64,000 bases of DNA. Origin: Candidatus Woesebacteria bacterium. GTDB taxonomy: Bacteria; Patescibacteriota; Microgenomatia; UBA8517. The position numbers were made by a program, and so were the translations under genes. The stretch lies in assembly GCA_016432365.1 (NCBI GenBank), contig CP066686.1:346906-410905 (forward strand), read 5' to 3'. Below the pieces are notes generated by a model, which was given only the letters and a program-made list of their open reading frames with translations, had not been told where the DNA came from and did no database searches. This document shows, piece by piece, positions 50,038 to 59,939 of this stretch (positions are counted from its first letter, which is position 1; the number at the start of each line of letters is the position of its first letter).

Positions 50038-51642
50038 ATGCACTGGGCAGACAAAGTAGCACAAGATATAATCGCTTCGAACAAATTTAAACCTTATTGG
50101 GTAGACGACATGAAGACCCCTTCAGGTTTTGCTCACATTGGTTCAATGCTCGGGCCGGTTATCCATAGCGCCGTTTATCGTGCGCTCAAGGACGCTCAGG
50201 TTGATGCAACTCTTACTTATGTTTTTAATGACTTTGATACAGCCGACGAGTTCCCTGCTCAGTTTAAAGAACTTTTGACCGGTAACGAAGGAAAAGTTCT
50301 TAAAATGGTGCCCTCGCCGGATCCCGCTTACGAAAATTTTGCAGATTACATTGCCGACGATCTTAAAAAGTCTATTGAGTATTTAGGGTTTGAGGCGAGA
50401 TATATTTCTTCTTGGGAACTTTACCATCAAGGAAAATTTGATGAGGTTATCAAAATGGCTCTGGATAATGCCGAAAAAATTCAGGATATTTACGAAAGAA
50501 TCTCCGGCAGTAAAAAGAAAGAATCCGGTTGGCTCCCATTTCAGGTAATATGTCCCAATTGTGGAAAATTAGGAACTACAAAAGTTTTTGCATGGGATGG
50601 AAAAGAAGTTTCCTATAAGTGTGAAGAAAATCTTGTGACCTGGGCAAAAGGATGTGGACATGAGGGGAAAATGTCTCCGTTTGGCGGAGCAGGAAAGCTG
50701 CCATGGAAGGTTGACTGGGCAGCCCACTGGAAAGTTATCGGTGTAACAATAGAGGGCGCCGGCAAAGATCATGCATCGGCCGGTGGAAGTTATGATATTG
50801 CAATGGCCATTTGTAAGGAAGTTTTTGGGTATCCCGAGCCTTATAAATTGCCATACGAATTTTTATTAATCGGGGGACACAAAATGTCTTCTTCAAAAGG
50901 AGTAGGACTTAAAGCCCACGATTTAGTTCAAATACTTCCCGCCTCAGTTGCCAGGTTTTTGTTTATTAATAACGATATTAAGTCTCAAGGCAATTTCGAC
51001 CCAAATGGGACAATGGCAATTCCAGACCTTTTTGATAAATATGATGAAGCTTGGGAGGCCTATGATAAGCAAAGCTTGCCATCGAATGGTAAAAATGGCG
51101 ATGAAAAGCTGGGCAGGACTTATGTTTTGTCTCAAATCAAGGAAATCCCCGGCAAGGAAAAAGGATTTTTCGCTCCACGCTTCCGTGACATTGCGAATTA
51201 TTTGTCACAAGGCCTTTCCGAAAAAGAAGTTTTGGAAAAAATGGAAAAAACAAAAGGCGGAAAAATTGACGAAAGTGAAATGGAAATTCTCGAAGAAAGA
51301 ATTAAGTATGCAAAAGTTTGGCTGCAAGATTACGCTCCTAACGAATACAGATTCGAAATGACAGAAGAAGTTCCTGAAGCGGCCAAAAAATTGTCAGATG
51401 AACAAAAGAAATACCTAACTGCAGTTGTAAAACTTTTTGATAACGAAGTTACTGCAGACTCTTTGCAAATTGATCTCTATGAACTTTCAAAACAAATGGG
51501 CCTAGCCCCCAAGGACGCGTTTTCTGCAATTTATACTGTTTTTATAGACAAAACTCACGGCCCCAGGGCCGGCATGCTTTTAACCAATTTTGGAAAAGAG
51601 AAAGTGGTTGAAAGAATTAGCAACTTATCAAAGTTAGATTGA
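50038..51642 (+). CDS. lysS: Lysine-tRNA ligase, class I
   Basis: MHWAD, PSGFAHIG, KLPWKVDW, GKDH, KMSSSKG. Confidence 0.95.
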   Translation: MHWADKVAQDIIASNKFKPYWVDDMKTPSGFAHIGSMLGPVIHSAVYRALKDAQVDATLTYVFNDFDTADEFPAQFKELLTGNEGKVLKMVPSPDPAYENFADYIADDLKKSIEYLGFEARYISSWELYHQGKFDEVIKMALDNAEKIQDIYERISGSKKKESGWLPFQVICPNCGKLGTTKVFAWDGKEVSYKCEENLVTWAKGCGHEGKMSPFGGAGKLPWKVDWAAHWKVIGVTIEGAGKDHASAGGSYDIAMAICKEVFGYPEPYKLPYEFLLIGGHKMSSSKGVGLKAHDLVQILPASVARFLFINNDIKSQGNFDPNGTMAIPDLFDKYDEAWEAYDKQSLPSNGKNGDEKLGRTYVLSQIKEIPGKEKGFFAPRFRDIANYLSQGLSEKEVLEKMEKTKGGKIDESEMEILEERIKYAKVWLQDYAPNEYRFEMTEEVPEAAKKLSDEQKKYLTAVVKLFDNEVTADSLQIDLYELSKQMGLAPKDAFSAIYTVFIDKTHGPRAGMLLTNFGKEKVVERISNLSKLD

Positions 51643-51722
51643 ACTGATATATTGACAGCTTATCAAAGTTAATTCGAGCTGATAGAATAACAACTATCTT
51701 AGAAATGAGGTGACAAATTATT

Positions 51723-52034
51723 ATGATGAATGAAGACATGAAGTGGATGAAAATGAAATGGATGCACAAAAATGTCATGACTGATTTTTTGATGTCTATT
51801 TCGTTTTCAGTTTTTGGAATGCTTCTTATTTTCGGGCTTGGTTTTGTCTTCCCTACAATTAATCCTTATGTAGTAATTAAATGGATTATTATAGTTGCAG
51901 GGGTAGTCTTTGCACTTTCATTTCTTAAATACCTTGTTTATATGGGTATGAAGATGAAAATGATGAAGATGATGAACACGGAGTCTCGTGATGAGGTAAA
52001 GGTTGTTAAAGCGAAAAAGACTTCCAAGAAATGA
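51723..52034 (+). CDS. Met-rich small membrane protein
   Basis: GAGGT RBS, two TM segments, MK-rich termini. Confidence 0.7.
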   Translation: MMNEDMKWMKMKWMHKNVMTDFLMSISFSVFGMLLIFGLGFVFPTINPYVVIKWIIIVAGVVFALSFLKYLVYMGMKMKMMKMMNTESRDEVKVVKAKKTSKK

Positions 52035-52591
52035 CTAAAGAAAAAGCTTTAGAATTATTGCATTCAAAAATGCAATCGCAGAATCTGCGCAAACACTGTT
52101 ATAGTGTTGGCGCAGTTATGCGTTCGTTAGCAAAACATTTTAACGAGGATGAAAATCGCTATGAAATAGTTGGGCTTCTTCATGATGGAGATTATGAATT
52201 TACTAAAGATGATCCCGGTAATCATGCTAAACTTATGGCAAATTGGGCCAGGGAAAACGGTGAAACCGACGAAGAACTTCTTACAGGTATTGAATCACAC
52301 GGTTGGTTTCATCAAGGTAAAAAACCGGAAACCAAAATGCAGTGGGCTCTTTTTTGCTGCGACGAACTAACAGGTTTAATAATTGCAGTAACTTTAATCC
52401 GTCCGGATCGTAAACTCGCGACTGTCACTGTTGATAACATATTAAGTAAGTGGAATCAAAAAAGTTTTGCAGCTGGGGTCAAAAGGGAAGATATAGAAAA
52501 CTGCGAAAAAGAGCTTGGAATTACTTTAAAAGATTTTATTCAAATCGCTCTAACCGCAATGCAGGGAATTTCGGAAGAATTAGGATTATAA
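52031..52591 (+). CDS. HDIG/HD-domain protein
   Basis: KHC, LLHDGDYE, DELTGLI. Confidence 0.88.
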   Translation: MTKEKALELLHSKMQSQNLRKHCYSVGAVMRSLAKHFNEDENRYEIVGLLHDGDYEFTKDDPGNHAKLMANWARENGETDEELLTGIESHGWFHQGKKPETKMQWALFCCDELTGLIIAVTLIRPDRKLATVTVDNILSKWNQKSFAAGVKREDIENCEKELGITLKDFIQIALTAMQGISEELGL

Positions 52592-52649
52592 TACCGATAC
52601 GGTATCAGATTAGTTTTGCGAAACCATATTTTCTGAAAAGTCGGAGCTA

Positions 52650-53192
52650 TTAAATTTGTCTCTCTCTTCCTTTAGTTGAAGCCCTACCACCCTGCCACTG
52701 TCCGCGATACGAGTGAACCGGATTTCCTTTTATTTCGTGGAAGTACACGGAAACATATCTTGCTCCCATTTCAATTTCTACATCTACTGGTCCCTCGTTA
52801 ATTACTCCAAAATAAAGTGGGCCGTGATAGCCGGGATTTCCGATTCCGGTTCTAACAACAAGACCTGATCTAAAAGTTGTAGTTCTGGGTTTAAATACCG
52901 CCGCAATATTATCCGGCAAATTAACTTCTTCAATTGTTTTAGTCAAATAATATTTTCCCGGTTTAAATATAAAAGTAGATTTCTTCTTTGGATCAAACGA
53001 GACTTTTTCAACCAAATTTGGAGTTTCCCTTTCATCAATTCCCAAAAAAGCTTTACCTTTAAGCGAGTAAACTTTTTCAATTCTCAGATCCAAAACGCAC
53101 CCTTCGGGATCTTTCATTTCCCTCTCGGCAAGGTTTGTAACAAGATTAATTTTTTTTATTAATTTTTTGAGTTCGCTATGTCCAAGAATCAT
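52650..53192 (-). CDS. dCTP deaminase/dUTPase family protein
   Basis: DLR, E.VNLP, PRTTTFRSG, PGYHG, YRGQW. Confidence 0.85.
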   Translation of the reverse strand: MILGHSELKKLIKKINLVTNLAEREMKDPEGCVLDLRIEKVYSLKGKAFLGIDERETPNLVEKVSFDPKKKSTFIFKPGKYYLTKTIEEVNLPDNIAAVFKPRTTTFRSGLVVRTGIGNPGYHGPLYFGVINEGPVDVEIEMGARYVSVYFHEIKGNPVHSYRGQWQGGRASTKGRERQI

Positions 53193-53213
53193 TTAACGAT
53201 TATATATCAACTT

Positions 53214-53816
53214 TTACCTTCTTTTTTCTGTCCAAACGTTTTGCCACCACTCAGATGGGTTTTGTTTCTCAATTTCTTTGGCCAAAATTTTGGCTGATTT
53301 TGAATAAAGAAGCCGGTAATGCGAATTTCCTTTTCTTCCACCGCTTTTTTTCCATCTTGCGGCTTCTTGGTTGCCAGTCATTGCGTATTCGTTAATCAGT
53401 AAAATTTGATCTAGGAGATCGGCGTCTTTTGCTATTTTTGATTCTTTTGTAAGGCGTTCCCCGTATTCATTTATAGTCTCTCTCAACTCATTTTCCGCCG
53501 GAAGTTTGTCCATTTGATCGTTGATAATTTCCTGTTCATAAACTTTTACATATTTTTTGTGTACCCAATTCTGGTCGTTGCTTCTTACTTCAGTTATGTC
53601 ATGAGACAGACACATTAAAAGAACCTTATCGGCGTCAACTTTTTCCATTTTGGCCAGTAAATATCCTATCCAAGCAACCCTAAAGCTATGAGAGGCAATA
53701 TTATCGCTCATATCATCCGTTAAAAGGCTTTGCCTATGGGCCCTGGCAATTTTTCTCATCGATCCGACCTCATATAGAAATGATGCGGTTTTTTTAATCT
53801 GACTGGGTTTTACCAT
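53214..53816 (-). CDS. HD-domain (YfbR-like) hydrolase
   Basis: IASHSFRV, SHDITE, KDADLLD. Confidence 0.85.
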   Translation of the reverse strand: MVKPSQIKKTASFLYEVGSMRKIARAHRQSLLTDDMSDNIASHSFRVAWIGYLLAKMEKVDADKVLLMCLSHDITEVRSNDQNWVHKKYVKVYEQEIINDQMDKLPAENELRETINEYGERLTKESKIAKDADLLDQILLINEYAMTGNQEAARWKKSGGRKGNSHYRLLYSKSAKILAKEIEKQNPSEWWQNVWTEKRR

Positions 53817-55008
53817 TCCGGTAGTATCTTTTACCATTAAGTTTATCGGGAAGCAAGGACTCTTTTGTATATTTGTCATACCCTTTTCCGTATCCGACAT
53901 CTTTCATTAACTTTGTAACAGGATTTCTGATTTTTAATGGGACCGGAAGGTTGCCGAATTTGTTAACATCAGCTAGCGCTTCCATATATGCGTTATAGGC
54001 AGATCTGTCTTTCTTCGCTTCGCTCAGATAAACAACACCTGCCGCTAAATTTTCCTGACACTCAGGGTAACCTATCGTATTGCATGCCGCAAAAACCGCA
54101 TTGGCAACTACAAGTGCGGTTGGGCTAGCGACGTCCTCTGATGCAAACACGACCATCCTCCTGGCAATATAGAGCGGGTCTTGTCCCGCCGCAACCATTC
54201 TGGCCAAGTAATAAAGAGCTGCATCTGTGTCACTTGCTCGCATAGATTTAATAAACGCAGAAATTACGTCGTAAAATTGGTCTCCATTTTTATCAAAAGT
54301 ATATTGACGTCTTTGAAGAGCGGTTTCGATGTCTGAGAGTAAAAGAGTAAGCGGAGCTTGGCCAGACGAGGCCCTGGTGGAAGAGCGGGAGAGCTGAGAA
54401 GCAATTTCGATCACATTTAACATCACCCGCGCATCGCCATTTGACGCTTCGAGTAAAAATTTCTCGGCCTTTTTGTTCACTTTCTTTTTAATGTATTTAA
54501 GAGCTCTTGTTAAAATTTTTAGTAAATCTTTTTCTGAAAGCTGAGCCAGAATTAAAACTCTACACCTGGAAAGAAGCGGTCCTATTACTTCAAATGAGGG
54601 ATTTTCGGTTGTAGCGCCAATAAATAAAATCTTGCCCGATTCAACATATGGCAATAGCTTATCTTGTTGGGCTTTATTAAAACGGTGGATTTCGTCTATA
54701 AATATTAAGGGAGATTGAGACGAGTCCTCCTCTACTACTTTTTCGATATCTTTTATTTTTGCATTAACGGCTGAAAACTCGTAAAAATCTCTTTTTAATG
54801 TGTTGGCAATAATACGGGCAAGAGTGGTCTTACCTGTACCGGGAGGACCCCAGAATATTAATGACGGAAACCCAACTTCGCTCTTCGATCTTCGCTGGGC
54901 GAGGAAAAGCTTTGAAATTATCCCGTTTGGCCCAACCAGGTTTTCCTGCCCAACAAAATCTTTTAAAGTTTTAGGTCTTAGAAGTTCCGGAAGTGGAATG
55001 TTTGACAT
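53794..55008 (-). CDS. rarA: Replication-associated recombination protein A
   Basis: [41 protein letters not shown]. Confidence 0.95.
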   Translation of the reverse strand: MSNIPLPELLRPKTLKDFVGQENLVGPNGIISKLFLAQRRSKSEVGFPSLIFWGPPGTGKTTLARIIANTLKRDFYEFSAVNAKIKDIEKVVEEDSSQSPLIFIDEIHRFNKAQQDKLLPYVESGKILFIGATTENPSFEVIGPLLSRCRVLILAQLSEKDLLKILTRALKYIKKKVNKKAEKFLLEASNGDARVMLNVIEIASQLSRSSTRASSGQAPLTLLLSDIETALQRRQYTFDKNGDQFYDVISAFIKSMRASDTDAALYYLARMVAAGQDPLYIARRMVVFASEDVASPTALVVANAVFAACNTIGYPECQENLAAGVVYLSEAKKDRSAYNAYMEALADVNKFGNLPVPLKIRNPVTKLMKDVGYGKGYDKYTKESLLPDKLNGKRYYRNGKTQSD

Positions 55009-55083
55009 ATAAAGATTTTATCCATAATAAACCCGAAAAACAACCCCCCATATTTTGAGACGATTTAGGGATATAATATTTGT

Positions 55084-56904
55084 ATGAAAGGAATTAAAAG
55101 CGGAATAGCTTCATTTAAAGAAATTTTATTCAATCTTAAACGAATGCTTGCCTTGTCCTGGCAAACAGACAAGTTTTTAACCGTCGGTTACTACGGTTCT
55201 TCCGGACTCGCGGCGATTTTTCCGATAATTGCGAGTTATATTTTTAAACTGTTTATTGATAACACAATTGCCAATTTGGGTATAAAACCAACGGTCCCTC
55301 TGATTTTAGTGGCAATTTTAGCCGCCAGATATATTTCCAGCTGGATATGGGACGTAATTTCTTGGGTATTTAAAGAAACTTATTTTGATTATTTGGTACG
55401 GTACAAACTTCAAAATAAATTCAACAATTTGTTCTGCAACAAGATTTCTCACTTGGATATTCAACATTTGGAGAATTCAGAAACTCAGGATCTTATCAAT
55501 AAAGCAAAAGATACTATGACGTGGAGACCCCCTGATTTTTTGAGGGCGTTTTCGTACCTTTTTACAAACTTGGTTGCACTTGTTTCATCCTTTTTACTTT
55601 TGGGTCAATATAACTGGTATTTACCATTTATTATTCTTCTTTTCGGTTTACCGAGGCTTTACCTGAGGGCGAAAATGGGCTCGATTCAGTGGTCTGTTTG
55701 GGGAAGCAGTACTCCGGAATCCCGCAAAATGTGGTATTTACAGTCACTTCTTACACAGAAGAATGCGATTATAGAGTCAAAAATTTTCCAATCAACAGAC
55801 TCATTAATTAAGAAAAGTATAGATATTCAAACCGATCTTTATGAAAAGAATAAAAAACCTGTCCAGAGTTTTATTAAAGTCGGTTCCATACCGCAGTTTT
55901 TTGAAATGTTTGTTGTATTTGGTTTTGCATTGGCACGTTTACCGTTGGTACTAAACGGGCAAATGTCTGTTGGAGATTTCTCGTTTTTTATCGACATGTT
56001 GGACAGGGTTTTAAATTCTGTGGCAGGAACTGTGGGCAATCTAGGTTGGATGTACGAAAACAACTTATACGTAAATCATTTTTTTGAAGTCATGAATTTG
56101 CCTAAAATTGTTCAGGAGCCGGCGAATCCAATTGCTATTGACCCATCGGTCAATCCACCGGAAATTGAATTTAAAAATGTCTCTTTCGCATACCCAAATT
56201 CTAAAAAGAGAGTTTTGAAGAATTTAAACTTTAAAATTAAATCGGGAGAAAATGTTGCTCTGGTTGGGAAAAACGGTGCCGGTAAAACTACAATAGTGAA
56301 ACTTTTGTGCAGATTTTACGATGTAACCGGGGGAGAAATACTTATTAACGGGATCAATATAAAAGATGTAGATTTAAAAGACTGGTATCGGTATTTAGGT
56401 ACGCTTTTCCAGGAATTTATTAAATATGATTTTACAGTTAAGGAAAACATTACTTTAGGAAAAACTGAAAATTTCGATCAGGAAAAAATGATTTTTGCTG
56501 CCAAGCAAAGCGGGGCAGATAAATTTATCAATGAACTTCCCAAGAAATATGATCAGATATTAGGTAAACAATTTGAAGGAGGTAAAGAGCTTTCAATAGG
56601 TCAGTGGCAAAAAATCGCAATTGCAAGAGCCTTTTACGAAGGTGCTCCGATTTTGATTTTGGACGAACCAACAAGTGCAATTGACGCCGAAACCGAATAT
56701 TCGATTTTTAAAAATCTTGACAGGGAGTATAAAAATAAAAGTTTACTTTTGATTTCCCACAGGTTTTCTACAGTCAGAAATGCCGACAGAATATTGGTAA
56801 TCGATAATGGAGAAATAATTGAAGAGGGAACCCACGAAAAATTAATTGCCAAAAAAGGAGAATATTCCACAATGTTTAACAAACAGGCGATTGGATACAA
56901 ATAA
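55084..56904 (+). CDS. ABC exporter, fused permease/ATPase
   Basis: TM domain, GKNGAGKT, LSIGQWQK, DEPTSAID. Confidence 0.93.
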   Translation: MKGIKSGIASFKEILFNLKRMLALSWQTDKFLTVGYYGSSGLAAIFPIIASYIFKLFIDNTIANLGIKPTVPLILVAILAARYISSWIWDVISWVFKETYFDYLVRYKLQNKFNNLFCNKISHLDIQHLENSETQDLINKAKDTMTWRPPDFLRAFSYLFTNLVALVSSFLLLGQYNWYLPFIILLFGLPRLYLRAKMGSIQWSVWGSSTPESRKMWYLQSLLTQKNAIIESKIFQSTDSLIKKSIDIQTDLYEKNKKPVQSFIKVGSIPQFFEMFVVFGFALARLPLVLNGQMSVGDFSFFIDMLDRVLNSVAGTVGNLGWMYENNLYVNHFFEVMNLPKIVQEPANPIAIDPSVNPPEIEFKNVSFAYPNSKKRVLKNLNFKIKSGENVALVGKNGAGKTTIVKLLCRFYDVTGGEILINGINIKDVDLKDWYRYLGTLFQEFIKYDFTVKENITLGKTENFDQEKMIFAAKQSGADKFINELPKKYDQILGKQFEGGKELSIGQWQKIAIARAFYEGAPILILDEPTSAIDAETEYSIFKNLDREYKNKSLLLISHRFSTVRNADRILVIDNGEIIEEGTHEKLIAKKGEYSTMFNKQAIGYK

Positions 56905-56908
56905 CTCC

Positions 56909-57547
56909 ATGTTTGGAACGAAAATTCTTGAAGAAAAAAAGTCTAAATTTAACGGAGATATTCGTGTTGTTAAAACCTGGGGGATGGGAACTTATATTCA
57001 AGCGAATGGGCTGACTCAGTCTGGGGGGATCGTCGAAAGTATTTGGAAACAAACTTTAAAAAAAGCGAAAAGCGATAAGCAAAGCTTGCCATCAGATGGT
57101 AAGCTAAAAGTGAAGAGCGTGCTAATACTCGGACTTGGAGGAGGTACTGTGGCAAAGATAGTTAGAAAAAACTGGCCCGAGGCAAAAATTACAGGAATAG
57201 ATATCGATCCTCTAATAGTGGAACTTGGTAATAAGTATATGGGTTTACAAAAACATAACGTTAAGACCATTATCTCCGACGCCTCTAATCTGCCTAGTCA
57301 AAAATTCGATTTAATAATTATTGATCTTTATAACGGCGACAAATTTCCCGAGAAGTTTGAAAAAGATAATTATTTAAAACTTGTAGGGCGCCATCTTACA
57401 GATAATGGTATTGCGGTGTTTAACAGACTTTATTACAAAGAGAAAAATATCGAGGCGGAGGAGTTTGGAAAAAAACTTAAGAAAATATTTAAAAACGTTG
57501 AACCATTCCGACCGGTTTCAAATATGATGTATATATGCACCAACTAA
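56909..57547 (+). CDS. Spermidine synthase-like SAM-binding protein
   Basis: LILGLGGGT, IDIDP, FDLIIIDL. Confidence 0.8.
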   Translation: MFGTKILEEKKSKFNGDIRVVKTWGMGTYIQANGLTQSGGIVESIWKQTLKKAKSDKQSLPSDGKLKVKSVLILGLGGGTVAKIVRKNWPEAKITGIDIDPLIVELGNKYMGLQKHNVKTIISDASNLPSQKFDLIIIDLYNGDKFPEKFEKDNYLKLVGRHLTDNGIAVFNRLYYKEKNIEAEEFGKKLKKIFKNVEPFRPVSNMMYICTN

Positions 57548-58986
57548 TCTTTGGTCCGGCTTTATTCTTCGCCAGTCAGGCGCTGTTTTACGATTTGCCT
57601 GAATATTTAAATATTGTTTCAAATAACTCATTTCTCCAAGTCTTTTCTCTCGGTCACTTTCCTATTCACCCAATATTCATGGGAATTCTTTGGATTTTGA
57701 CAAGGTTCCTCCCTGTCAACGCAATTGCAATGGTTTTTGGAGCAATATCGATTATCATTTTTCATAAAATTGCCAAGTTGATATTTAAAAATGGTTCATA
57801 TTGGTTATCGACGGTTATCTTTGCGCTCTTTCCGGCAGTTTGGTTAATAAATACAAATTTGATGGTTGAGTCGGTGACTTTAACCCTTTATCTTGCGGGA
57901 CTTTATTTCTTTTTAACGAAAAAAGCGATGCCATTTTTTATCAGTTTATTTTTAATGATCGGAACCCACCTGCAGTCTATTTTTTGGATCCCGGCATTAT
58001 TTCTTGCTCCCTATATTTTTGAGGTAAATTTCAAAAAGGAGGATGTTATCAAATTTATAAAAATTGCTTTGGCCGGAATATCAATGTCCATTGTTTTTTA
58101 CATTCTCTTATATTATTGTTCCGGCAGAATTCCGGGGGGTACAACTGAGCAGCTCGCAACATATTTATCTTCGGGAATATTACGAATGATTAGAAACATT
58201 TGGCTTTCTTTTATCCGTAATTTTGGGACGCTTACACCATTTGTTTTGACATTGGTTTTGGTCAGAAAAATCAAGTCGAAAAAAGTATCAATAGCCTGGA
58301 TAATGTTTCTGGTTCTAGTCGCGATAATGGGTGCCAACTGGCAAGGGGACTTTATGGGTAGGAGAATTATTTTTTCGGGGGTAATTTTAGCACTTGGTCT
58401 TTATAAATATTTACAGAAATGGTCCGTCTTTTTCATTTTGTATTTATTACCGATCGTCGCAGCAAATGTGATTTTGTATTCAAACTCCAGTCCGTTCATA
58501 ACTCCAAATATCCCCAAAGGTCAGGTGTTAATTGAAACGCACTTTCTCAAACCCTTTATAAAATATGATGGTACGACTCTTTGGATTGGCGAAAGTGACC
58601 TTGGTGTTATCGACAATTATTTAAAAAATGGAACAAGAGTATTTTTAACCGAACAAGCTATCACGGCTCCATATTTACTCTTAGTCGGACAAAACTATCA
58701 TATCACTTCATTGGGGAAGGTTGGGGATTCGGAATCAAGATTTCTGTTCAAAAAATACACAGTTGAACAGTATAACGACAGCTTTGAGTTAAAAAGGTTC
58801 AATGGAGTAGTTTCGGCGGAGGCGGGAAGTCCGGTAATTTACTACGATCAAAGCTTTTGGGGGAGACTTGCGAGAAGGAGAATCGACTATGGAGATATAG
58901 GAACTTGGCTTTGGGCATTTGCGGCAAACCATCGCGACCCGACAGGCTGGATTTATAAAGACGCTAGAGGTGTAGTTACCTATTGA
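57535..58986 (+). CDS. Polytopic membrane protein, GT-C-like
   Basis: More than 10 TM segments, YD..EY and HP loop motifs. Confidence 0.6.
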   Translation: MHQLIFGPALFFASQALFYDLPEYLNIVSNNSFLQVFSLGHFPIHPIFMGILWILTRFLPVNAIAMVFGAISIIIFHKIAKLIFKNGSYWLSTVIFALFPAVWLINTNLMVESVTLTLYLAGLYFFLTKKAMPFFISLFLMIGTHLQSIFWIPALFLAPYIFEVNFKKEDVIKFIKIALAGISMSIVFYILLYYCSGRIPGGTTEQLATYLSSGILRMIRNIWLSFIRNFGTLTPFVLTLVLVRKIKSKKVSIAWIMFLVLVAIMGANWQGDFMGRRIIFSGVILALGLYKYLQKWSVFFILYLLPIVAANVILYSNSSPFITPNIPKGQVLIETHFLKPFIKYDGTTLWIGESDLGVIDNYLKNGTRVFLTEQAITAPYLLLVGQNYHITSLGKVGDSESRFLFKKYTVEQYNDSFELKRFNGVVSAEAGSPVIYYDQSFWGRLARRRIDYGDIGTWLWAFAANHRDPTGWIYKDARGVVTY

Positions 58987-59020
58987 CAAGGTATAGTAGT
59001 TAGTGTATATACTACAATTA
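58983..59020 (+). promoter_or_regulatory. nrtR copy 2 promoter with autoregulatory operator
   Basis: TTGACA at 58983; TTAGTGT-ATATACT-ACAATTA (59000-59020) overlapping the -10. Confidence 0.75.
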
Positions 59021-59022
59021 GT

Positions 59023-59679
59023 ATGAAGGATACAAAGACATTTGCAGTATTGGCCACAGACGTTGCAGTTTTGACTATCGACAATGGTGTTCTTAAAGTC
59101 CTTTTAACCCAGGCGACATCTAAAAACTTTAAGGGAATGTTGACTTTGCCTGGAGGTTTAGTTGGTCATAAAGAACGTACCGAAGAAGCTGCTATAAGAG
59201 TCCTCAAGGAAATAATGATAAAAACGGATTACTATAACGAGCAACTTTATACATTCGACGATCCCGGCAGAGATCCTGAGGGTCGAGTCGTAACAGTTGC
59301 CTATTTAATGTTGGTTCCGGAAGATGAGGCTAAAAGAGTAACTAGAAAAGACGCTTCGTGGCACGCCGTGAAAACTTTACCAAAGTTGGCATATGATCAT
59401 AATGAAGTTGTGAAAGCTGCTGTGAAAAGGCTAATGGGAAAATTGACCTACACTAATATTGTTTACTCTTTGATGCCCTTGGAGTTTACTCTTTCAGATT
59501 TGCAGAAAACCTACGAAACTGCGCTGGAACTAACCCTAGATAAAAGGAATTTTATTAAAAAAATAAAGAGTTTAAATCTTGTTCATAAGACAACCCATAA
59601 GGTTGAGGGTAGTGCACACCGCCCGGCAACCCTTTACAGGTTCAGGGAGCGAAAATATAAGAGGGTTGACTTATTTTAG
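59023..59679 (+). CDS. nrtR: NrtR-family transcriptional regulator, copy 2
   Basis: LPGG, EQLYTF..RDP, LAYDH, FTLSDLQ, DKRNF, RPATLYRF. Confidence 0.9.
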   Translation: MKDTKTFAVLATDVAVLTIDNGVLKVLLTQATSKNFKGMLTLPGGLVGHKERTEEAAIRVLKEIMIKTDYYNEQLYTFDDPGRDPEGRVVTVAYLMLVPEDEAKRVTRKDASWHAVKTLPKLAYDHNEVVKAAVKRLMGKLTYTNIVYSLMPLEFTLSDLQKTYETALELTLDKRNFIKKIKSLNLVHKTTHKVEGSAHRPATLYRFRERKYKRVDLF

Positions 59680-59742
59680 AAAATACCTATAATACGAAGT
59701 TGATATTTTTAAGCACTTTAGTTAGTGTAAAATATACATTTT
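59666..59742 (+). promoter_or_regulatory. Operon promoter plus NrtR operator
   Basis: TTGACT-16-TATAAT; TTAGTGT-AAAATAT-ACATTTT (59722-59742). Confidence 0.7.
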
Positions 59743-59939
59743 CAAGATTGAAATGAAGGTTTTTCAGAAAAACCTCCTGACAATTTTTAATTTGTACTTT
59801 AACAGTTAAAGAGTGTTACTAAAGATTCAGAACTGTTTGTGACGGTCACACCCTTTCGACTAAATATTAGCCGGAAGAGAGTGACTGTTACAGCAGAAAC
59901 TGAAGCTGTGATGGCATATATCTACAAAAGGAGATCACT

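Noticed and set aside
51624-51671. Direct repeat CTTATCAAAGTTA x2 as a regulator site
   Set aside because: Only two copies, one inside the lysS CDS, and no cognate regulator is visible.
59800-59910. Retron msr-msd
   Set aside because: A long hairpin and inverted repeats are present, but there is no reverse transcriptase in the window.
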